Assembly: GCA_043822305.1 (NCBI GenBank)
Contig: JBDRBU010000086.1
Location: 1-11,942 of the forward strand
Direction of reading: 5' to 3'
Length of the DNA stretch: 11,942 nucleotides
Source: Candidatus Firestoneibacteriota bacterium
Lineage (GTDB): Bacteria > Oederibacteriota > D2-FULL-39-29 > JBDRBU01
The notes under the pieces were generated by a model. That model searched no databases, had not been told where the DNA came from, and was given only the letters and a program-made list of their open reading frames with translations. Positions 1 to 6,035 of the stretch are shown piece after piece (position 1 is the stretch's first letter; each line of letters starts with the position of its first letter). A program made the position numbers and the translations under genes.

Positions 1-21
1 TACATAATCCTTGTTAAGCAT
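1..21 (-). CDS. Probable 5' end of an unidentified gene running off the left edge (MLNKDYV...)
   Basis: Minus strand reads GGAGG(36-32)-10 nt-ATG(21) CTT AAC AAG GAT TAT GTA, open to the window edge, with a candidate promoter at 58-86. Only 7 codons are visible, so no product can be assigned. Confidence 0.4.
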
Positions 22-36
22 CTGTCATTTTCCTCC

Positions 37-64
37 GTATAATATGTTTTTATTTATATTATAC
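37..64. repeat. Perfect 9-bp inverted repeat GTATAATAT-N10-ATATTATAC
   Basis: Arms at 37-45 and 56-64 are exact reverse complements; each contains TATAAT on its own strand. Confidence 0.75.
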
Positions 65-86
65 AGGATTTAACAGATACTTTCTA
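58..86 (-). promoter_or_regulatory. Candidate sigma70 promoter for the left-edge gene
   Basis: Minus strand TAGAAA (86-81), 17 bp, TATAAT (63-58); perfect -10 and 4/6 -35. Confidence 0.5.
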
Positions 87-139
87 TTTCAAAGATCCAT
101 CCTATCCTATTACATCTCTACAATAGAACCTGAAGAACC

Positions 140-192
140 AAAAAAAACCCTCTAATTTTTAATTCCCCCTTAATAAAGGGGGTTAGGGGGTT
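140..192 (-). terminator. Nested GC-rich hairpin plus U-tract downstream of pilB (REP-like element, probable intrinsic terminator)
   Basis: Inner stem CCCCCTT(165-171)/AAGGGGG(176-182); outer arms AACCCTCTAA(146-155)/TTAGGGGGTT(183-192) with one mismatch; on the minus strand the stem runs into T8 (147-140). Begins 55 nt after the pilB stop. Confidence 0.6.
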
Positions 193-247
193 GTCCTATA
201 ATATCTACAACGGCTTTCACTAACTATTTACGATATCTGTCTCTATT

Positions 248-1960
248 CTAATCCGCTGTTGTTACCCTTAATAACTCCTCTATACTTGTTACACCTACTT
301 TTACTTTTCTAATCCCTGCTTCTCTTAAAGTAACCATTCCACTCTCTATGGCAATCTTTTTAATATCAGTAGCCGTTGCCCTTTTTAATATTACCTTCCT
401 TAATTCATCATTCAAGGTCATAATTTCATATATAGCGGCCCTTCCTTTATAGCCGGTATTTGCACAATACTGACATCCCATTCCTTTATAGAAAATTATT
501 TTTTCTTCTTCTTTAGGTTTTATATTTAAATCTTCTAAAATTTCTGCAGAAACCTCGTAAGACTCTTTACATTTAGGACATATCTTTCGAATAAGTCTCT
601 GGGCAATCACCATAATAACTGAAGAAGATATCAAAAATGGTTCAACACCCATATTATCTAAACGAGTGACAGCACCAGGGGCATCATTCGTATGAAGTGT
701 TGATAGAACTAAATGTCCTGTTAAAGCAGCATTAATAGCAATACTAGCTGTTTCCCCATCACGAATCTCTCCAACCATTATTATATCAGGGTCCTGTCTT
801 AAAAATGACTTTAATCCATTGGCAAAGGTAAGTCCAGCCTTTGGATTTACTTGAACCTGATTAATGCCTTTTACAACAAATTCTACAGGGTCTTCTACTG
901 TCAAAATGTTAACATCAGGAAAATTAAGCAGTGATAATGTAGAATACAATGTTGTCGATTTACCTGAACCAGTAGGACCTGTAACAAGAATCATACCATA
1001 TGGAGCATCTACTTTCTTTTTATAAATTTGTAAAATATCGGGTTCAAAACCTAATTGAGCCAAATCTAACTGTAAATTACCAGTATCTAAAATACGGATA
1101 ACTACTTTTTCTCCAAATACTGTCGGTAAAATAGAAACACGCATATCAACTTCTTTGCCGATTACTTTAATTTTACATCTACCATCCTGTGGCTTTCTTC
1201 TTTCAGCAATATCTAATTCAGATATAATTTTAATTCTAGAAACAAGAGCTGGATAAATCTTTTTGGGAGGAGCAGATTTCTCATGTAATACTCCATCAAT
1301 TCTGTATCTTGTTCTACACCCTTTTTCATATGACTCCAAATGTATATCAGAAGCTCCTTCTTCAATAGCCTTTGTCAGTAATGCATTTACTAATTTTACA
1401 ATAGGTGCATCTTCACTGGCTGCCGTGAGCTTTGATGTATCCATATCTTCATCTGCTTCTACAACTTCAACATCTTGTACATCTTCAAGGCCCTTCATTA
1501 CTTCTTCCATTTCAGCTGATGAAGTACTAAAACATTTTGCAATAGCTTGTTTTATATCCAATTCAGAAGCAAGTACTGGCTCTACTTCAAAACCTGTCAT
1601 AAGTTTTATATCATCTATAGCCGAAACATTTAATGGGTCAGCCATGGCTATGGTTAAGGTATTGCCTTTTTTCGTTATTGAGATCAATGTTTGCCTTTGG
1701 CAGATATTTTCTGGTACTAACTTTACAACATTAACATCAAGTTCACCTAAATCAGAAAAACTAACAGTAGGGATTCCCATTTGAGTTCCCATAAAAGCCA
1801 TTATTATATCATTGGTCACATATCCAAGTTTTACTAATGCTTGTTCTAATCTTATACCACTTGCTTTTTGTTCTTTTAACGCTTCCTGTAACTGCACATC
1901 TGTAATTATACTTTCATCGACTAACATTTGTGCTATTTTCTTTTTCATTGATACGGCCAT
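248..1960 (-). CDS. pilB: Type IV pilus assembly ATPase PilB (GspE/PulE family), 570 aa
   Basis: N-terminal MshEN-like repeat, AMADP motif, ASDIHLE, Walker A GPTGSGKST, Asp box TVEDPVE, Walker B LRQDPDIIMVGEIRD, His box TGHLVLSTLHTND, tetracysteine CPKC...CQYC, GYKGR; AGGAGG upstream of the start. Confidence 0.93.
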   Translation of the reverse strand: MAVSMKKKIAQMLVDESIITDVQLQEALKEQKASGIRLEQALVKLGYVTNDIIMAFMGTQMGIPTVSFSDLGELDVNVVKLVPENICQRQTLISITKKGNTLTIAMADPLNVSAIDDIKLMTGFEVEPVLASELDIKQAIAKCFSTSSAEMEEVMKGLEDVQDVEVVEADEDMDTSKLTAASEDAPIVKLVNALLTKAIEEGASDIHLESYEKGCRTRYRIDGVLHEKSAPPKKIYPALVSRIKIISELDIAERRKPQDGRCKIKVIGKEVDMRVSILPTVFGEKVVIRILDTGNLQLDLAQLGFEPDILQIYKKKVDAPYGMILVTGPTGSGKSTTLYSTLSLLNFPDVNILTVEDPVEFVVKGINQVQVNPKAGLTFANGLKSFLRQDPDIIMVGEIRDGETASIAINAALTGHLVLSTLHTNDAPGAVTRLDNMGVEPFLISSSVIMVIAQRLIRKICPKCKESYEVSAEILEDLNIKPKEEEKIIFYKGMGCQYCANTGYKGRAAIYEIMTLNDELRKVILKRATATDIKKIAIESGMVTLREAGIRKVKVGVTSIEELLRVTTAD

Positions 1961-1979
1961 AAACTATCACTCCTCCTAA

Positions 1980-2429
1980 TTAATTTAATAATTTTTTAAT
2001 CTCATTCATAAATTCGTTTATATCCTTAAACTGCCTATAAACAGAAGCAAACCTTACATAGGCAACATCATCTAATTTCTTTAAATGACTCATAACCATA
2101 TCGCCTATCTTGGAAACAGATATTTCTTTTTCCATTTTATTCTGAATTTCTTTTTCTATATCTTCCACTACCTTTTCCATTGTCTCTAAAGAAATAGACC
2201 TTTTCTCGCATGCTTTTTTTAAACCATTTAATATTTTGAACCTATCAAATACTTCTCTTCGTCCATCTTTTTTTACAACAACAGGTAACACTTGTTCCAC
2301 TTGTTCATATGTTGTAAATCTTTTAGAACATTTTAAACATTCTCTTCTTCGTCTAACAGATTTACCATCTTTGCTCTCACGAGAATCTAAAACTTTATCA
2401 TTTTTAAATCCACAAAATGAACATTTCAT
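1980..2429 (-). CDS. nrdR: Transcriptional repressor NrdR, 149 aa
   Basis: MKCSFC...VLDSR...[17 protein letters not shown] zinc ribbon, [12 protein letters not shown] cone, C-terminal [13 protein letters not shown]. Confidence 0.97.
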   Translation of the reverse strand: MKCSFCGFKNDKVLDSRESKDGKSVRRRRECLKCSKRFTTYEQVEQVLPVVVKKDGRREVFDRFKILNGLKKACEKRSISLETMEKVVEDIEKEIQNKMEKEISVSKIGDMVMSHLKKLDDVAYVRFASVYRQFKDINEFMNEIKKLLN

Positions 2430-2430
2430 A

Positions 2431-2465
2431 TGATATATTATATATCACTCTTTCAAAAATAACAA
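2431..2465 (-). promoter_or_regulatory. Candidate sigma70 promoter for nrdR-pilB, overlapped by a 17-bp palindrome
   Basis: TTGTTA (2465-2460), 17 bp, TATAAT (2442-2437), 7 nt, then the nrdR ATG (2429). Palindrome TGATATAT-T-ATATATCA at 2431-2447. Confidence 0.6.
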
Positions 2466-2472
2466 TAAGTAT

Positions 2473-3438
2473 TTATCCTTTTGCTAAAAATGCGGCTAAT
2501 TTTACTGCTTCCATAAAACTATTTGGATTCGCAATACCTTTTCCGGCTATATCATATGCCGTACCATGGTCTGGAGATGTTCTTATTATAGGAAGACCTA
2601 ATGTAATATTTACTCCTTTTTCAAAAGCAATCATTTTTAAAGGAATTAGTCCCTGGTCGTGGTACATACAAACTATAGCATCATATTTTTCTTTTTTGGC
2701 TTTATAAAATAAAGCATCTGGAGGAACTGGACCAACAATTTTTACTTTTAAGTTTCTTCTTGCCTTTTTAATAGCCGGGATGATTTTTTCAACTTCTTCA
2801 TTTCCAAACAATCCATTCTCGCCTGAATGAGGATTTAACCCGGCCACAGCCATAACAGGTTTTTTTATCTTAAAATATTCTTTAAGCCAGATAGAAGTTA
2901 ATTTTATTTTTTCATAAATATTATTTTTATTTATCAGTTTCGATACATCTTTTATTGAAACATGTGTTGTGACTAAAACTACTCTTAAAAAATCCCCAAT
3001 AAGCATCATGGCAAAATTTCTTGTATTTGTTAATTTGGCGAGCATTTCGGTCTGCCCCGGAAAATCAATCTTATCTTTTTTAAGACTTTCTTTATTTATG
3101 GGAGCAGTAACTATTGCCTTTACTTCATTTTTTAAAGCAAGTTCTACTGCTTTTTTTATATATTCAGCAGATACTTTACCGGCTAATTTATTTATCCTGC
3201 CAATCCGAACTTTAAAATTTATATTTTCTAAATCAAGAATGTCCTTATCGTTTAATTTAATATTTAATTTATCTGCTATCTTTTTTAAAAACTTTTTATC
3301 ACAAATTATAAGTGGCTTGCAAAATTTTTTAATGTGTTTTAAAGATTTTAATATAACCTCTGGACCTATTCCCGCCGGGTCACCCATGGCAATTGCAATT
3401 CTTGGTAGTTTATTTCTGACAGACCGGACAATATTCAC
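2473..3438 (-). CDS. pdxA: 4-hydroxythreonine-4-phosphate dehydrogenase PdxA family, 321 aa
   Basis: MGDPAGIGPE, TAPINK, metal-binding His in TTH, NPHSGE and MYHDQG, GVNITLGLPIIRTSPDHGTAYDIAGKG. GTG start with GGAGG 8 nt upstream; overlaps the Fpg/Nei gene by 29 nt. PdxA versus PdxA2 cannot be fully resolved by eye. Confidence 0.9.
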   Translation of the reverse strand: MNIVRSVRNKLPRIAIAMGDPAGIGPEVILKSLKHIKKFCKPLIICDKKFLKKIADKLNIKLNDKDILDLENINFKVRIGRINKLAGKVSAEYIKKAVELALKNEVKAIVTAPINKESLKKDKIDFPGQTEMLAKLTNTRNFAMMLIGDFLRVVLVTTHVSIKDVSKLINKNNIYEKIKLTSIWLKEYFKIKKPVMAVAGLNPHSGENGLFGNEEVEKIIPAIKKARRNLKVKIVGPVPPDALFYKAKKEKYDAIVCMYHDQGLIPLKMIAFEKGVNITLGLPIIRTSPDHGTAYDIAGKGIANPNSFMEAVKLAAFLAKG

Positions 3439-4207
3439 TTCCTCTTCCTCCTATTTTAACAGTTTTTATACTATGCCCTAATGGACAATTTTTCTTACCA
3501 TGAATGGCCAAGAATTCTCTAATTTCTCCGGTTATCCCGCCTTTCTGCCCTTTTCTTATTTCTTTTATAGCATTTTTTAATACTTCTGGAATAGTTTTGT
3601 ATAAATTATTTATCTCGGAATCATTTAAACTTGATATTCGTCTCTCTGGTTTAATTCCGGCTTTCCATAATATTTCATCAGCATATGCATTGCCTAGACC
3701 ACCTATTTCATTCTGGTTCATTAAAAGTTGTTTGATATTTCCTTTTTTATTTTTAAACTCCGCACCTTCTAGGGCGTAGGTAAACTCTTTGCTCAAGGGG
3801 TCTAATCCAAATTTTTCGTCCCACGGGGACTTCCTTTGGTCGTCAGAATTTATTTTTAGTCTCATCCATTGGGTAAAATCAGAAAATATTAATTGATGAT
3901 TGTCTTCAAATTCAAAAACCACACAGGTAAATTTTGGCAACTCATCTGCTATTTTATTATACATAAGTTCACCATGAAGCATTAAATGAACTAAGAGTTT
4001 ATCATCATTATCAAATGTAAATAGCAACTGTTTGCCAACTCTATTTATCTTTACAACCTTTTTATCTTTTATTTTACTAATAAATTCGGATGATTTTAAG
4101 GGAAATACGGGCCTTTCTTTTATTATTTTAACATTTTTAATTTTTTTATTTAAAATCAATTTTGTCAAATTCTCTGCAAATACTTCTAAGTCTGGCAACT
4201 CGGGCAT
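3410..4207 (-). CDS. Fpg/Nei-family DNA glycosylase/AP lyase, non-canonical, 265 aa
   Basis: Start moved to ATG 4207 (MPELPDL; the catalytic Pro must be N-terminal; GGAG 7 nt upstream). RVGK catalytic Lys, H2TH motif GGLGNAYADEILW, C-terminal finger CPLGH...GGRGSEYCPVCQ. Confidence 0.92.
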   Translation of the reverse strand: MPELPDLEVFAENLTKLILNKKIKNVKIIKERPVFPLKSSEFISKIKDKKVVKINRVGKQLLFTFDNDDKLLVHLMLHGELMYNKIADELPKFTCVVFEFEDNHQLIFSDFTQWMRLKINSDDQRKSPWDEKFGLDPLSKEFTYALEGAEFKNKKGNIKQLLMNQNEIGGLGNAYADEILWKAGIKPERRISSLNDSEINNLYKTIPEVLKNAIKEIRKGQKGGITGEIREFLAIHGKKNCPLGHSIKTVKIGGRGSEYCPVCQK

Positions 4208-4827
4208 ATCAAATCTCCAATTCCAAGAAGGATTTTCCATATTTCATTAAAAAAATTCAAAATATAAAACTGTGGAGAAATTACAGAAAAAATTATAGCC
4301 ATAATTAATAAATTTACACAATAAATGAAAGACAAAGAAAAAAACACGCCAACTTCTTTTAAATCTTTTTGTCTTTCTTTCATAGAAAATAAAGTCAAGG
4401 CTAAATGAAAACTTAAAGTGAATCCAATAAAAAATATTACAAAATCAATAAATCTTTTATCAACTATAAAATATAATAAAATAACTAAAACCGTATAAAA
4501 AGGGAAAAAATAAGGTGCTAAAATTATTAAAAAATTCGTCTTGTCTACTGTAATATTGCCCCCATCTTCTGAAATATTTAATGATTTAACCTTGCCACCA
4601 AAAATAATAGCCCAGATGGCATGTGTAAATTCATGGGCCATGACATGCATGAATATTGGCTTATAAAATAAAAAATGTAAAATCAAATAACTTAAAAAAC
4701 CACTAAGAAAGACAACCTCAGAATGTTTTACTTCTTGCAAAAATGCAAATGATTTAATAAATCCAATTGTTAAGATTATAGCCACTGGTATTAAAATTAT
4801 TCCTATAATAAATCTAAATAATCTCAT
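4186..4827 (-). CDS. Membrane zinc metalloprotease, M50/M50B-like, 213 aa
   Basis: Multiple hydrophobic segments; HEFTH (4635-4621) next to a TM helix, followed by FGG...GG, LAPYFFP and a candidate third ligand Asp in QKDL. 3' end overlaps the Fpg/Nei start by 22 nt. Confidence 0.7.
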   Translation of the reverse strand: MRLFRFIIGIILIPVAIILTIGFIKSFAFLQEVKHSEVVFLSGFLSYLILHFLFYKPIFMHVMAHEFTHAIWAIIFGGKVKSLNISEDGGNITVDKTNFLIILAPYFFPFYTVLVILLYFIVDKRFIDFVIFFIGFTLSFHLALTLFSMKERQKDLKEVGVFFSLSFIYCVNLLIMAIIFSVISPQFYILNFFNEIWKILLGIGDLICPSCQT

Positions 4828-4832
4828 AAATA

Positions 4833-4868
4833 GTTAATTAGGGTTAATTAGGGACAGCGACCTATTTT
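4833..4868. repeat. 10-bp tandem duplication (GTTAATTAGG x2) joined to a GGGACAGCGAC core with short inverted flanks
   Basis: GTTAATTAGG at 4833-4842 and 4843-4852; AATTAGG-GACAGCGA-CCTATTT; overlaps the rsmI TAG stop (4864-4862). Confidence 0.6.
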
Positions 4869-5539
4869 TTTACATTTTTAACAATTACACAGAACTCTCC
4901 AAGAATTTCCTTTGATAGAAAAAAATTTATCACCTCGTCTATGCTTCCCCTTACAACCTCCTCAAATTTTTTTGTAATTTCTCTGGCAATAACAACATAT
5001 ACATTTTCAAAAACTTGTTTTATATCGTTTAATGTTTCTATTATCCTGTGTGGTGACTCAAAAAATACAATAACTTTATCTTCGTTTTTATACTTTTCAA
5101 GTTCTTTTCTTCTTTTAGAAGATTTTTTCTTCAAAAACCCTAAAAATATAAATCTATCAGTATTTACTCCAGAAATGCTTAAAGCAGCTATTATAGAAGA
5201 AGGTCCGGGAATAGAAACTACTTTTATATTATTTTTATATGCAGAATCTATTAACAAATATCCGCTATCGGAAATGCAAGGCGTACCGGCATCACAGACT
5301 AAGGCCATGTTCTTGCCGTCTTTTAATAAATCTATCAGGTATCCTTCTCTTGTTGATTTATTATATTCGAAATAACTTATTAACCGTTTGTTTATATTTA
5401 AGTGATTTAATAACTTTTTTGTAACTCTTGTATCTTCCGCAGCAATTAAATCGATTTCTTTTAAAATTCTTATTGCTCGAAGCGTAATATCTTCTAAATT
5501 TCCTATAGGCGTGGAAACTATATATAAAGTGCCGCTCAT
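4862..5539 (-). CDS. rsmI: 16S rRNA (cytidine1402-2'-O)-methyltransferase RsmI, short form, 225 aa
   Basis: LYIVSTPIGNLEDITLRA, AAEDTR, DAGTPCISD, IPGPS, FESPHR, AREITKKFEE, GEF. ATGA overlap with the upstream TPR gene. Confidence 0.95.
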   Translation of the reverse strand: MSGTLYIVSTPIGNLEDITLRAIRILKEIDLIAAEDTRVTKKLLNHLNINKRLISYFEYNKSTREGYLIDLLKDGKNMALVCDAGTPCISDSGYLLIDSAYKNNIKVVSIPGPSSIIAALSISGVNTDRFIFLGFLKKKSSKRRKELEKYKNEDKVIVFFESPHRIIETLNDIKQVFENVYVVIAREITKKFEEVVRGSIDEVINFFLSKEILGEFCVIVKNVKK

Positions 5540-6006
5540 CTGTTTTGGATTAATGATTCTGCTCTTTCTTTATTTAATTTGTATTTTTCTTCGGCTGGTT
5601 TTAAATTAACTGCCTTTTCATATGACTCTTTTGCTTTTATTAACAATTCTTTCTTTTTCTCCTCATTTTCTTTGTTTTCTTTTTTATACAAAGCTAAATT
5701 TTCATACACTATACCCAGATTATTCCACGCTACAGGTATTTTACTATATTCCTTAACAGACTTTTCTAAGTTTTCTAAAGCCAATTCCCATTTACCTATT
5801 CGTATATAGGCATACCCAATATTATTATATGCCCATGCTTTGGGAACACTCTCATTTTCCTTACAAAGAGTAAGTGCCTTCTTATACCATTTTATTGCCT
5901 CATTGTAATCTTCCGCTTCATGTCCCTTTTTAAACGCATCTCCTCTTTCTCCTGCAAAACACATATAAGATAACATAATAAAAATTAAAAAAAGTTTTTT
6001 AGTCAT
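5536..6006 (-). CDS. Exported tetratricopeptide-repeat protein, 156 aa
   Basis: MTKK plus a hydrophobic stretch ending CFA (signal-peptide-like); TPR patterns YNEAIKWYKKAL, AWAYNNIGYAY...ALENLEKSV, AWNNLGIVY, YEKAVNLKP; GGAGAGG upstream. Confidence 0.8.
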   Translation of the reverse strand: MTKKLFLIFIMLSYMCFAGERGDAFKKGHEAEDYNEAIKWYKKALTLCKENESVPKAWAYNNIGYAYIRIGKWELALENLEKSVKEYSKIPVAWNNLGIVYENLALYKKENKENEEKKKELLIKAKESYEKAVNLKPAEEKYKLNKERAESLIQNR

Positions 6007-6018
6007 TACCTCTCCTGT

Positions 6019-6032
6019 AATTGGGCGACTAC
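6019..6032 (-). repeat. Possible truncated (half) GTAG-type REP
   Basis: Minus strand GTAGTCGCCCAATT starting 3 nt after the gyrA stop; shares GTAGTCGC with the complete element at 10166, but the second arm is absent. Confidence 0.35.
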
Positions 6033-6035
6033 AAA

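Noticed and set aside
14..28. Mini-ORF ATG ACA GAT GCT TAA (MTDA*) on the minus strand
   Set aside because: Only 3 nt from the GGAGG; the ATG at 21 has more plausible spacing. No evidence for a leader peptide.
193..247. Possible riboswitch (e.g. c-di-GMP) between pilB and the hairpin
   Set aside because: No recognisable aptamer consensus by eye, and the position is 3' of pilB. An Rfam scan would settle it.
3044..3061. PdxA GQTE in place of E. coli GHTE as a sign of inactivation
   Set aside because: All three metal-binding His and the C-terminal substrate-binding motifs are intact, and from recall GQTE occurs in other PdxA proteins.
4186..4207. CPSC (CxxC) at the protease C-terminus as a metal or redox motif
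   Set aside because: It is the alternative-frame reading of the MPELPD codons of the overlapping Fpg/Nei gene.
4208..4240. N-terminal extension MENPSWNWRFD on the Fpg/Nei ORF
   Set aside because: The family needs Pro2 at the N-terminus, and ATG 4207 has its own SD.
5950..6006. TPR protein as a lipoprotein (Cys16)
   Set aside because: S-Y-M-C does not fit the lipobox [LVI][ASTVI][GAS]C; signal peptidase I cleavage after CFA is more plausible.
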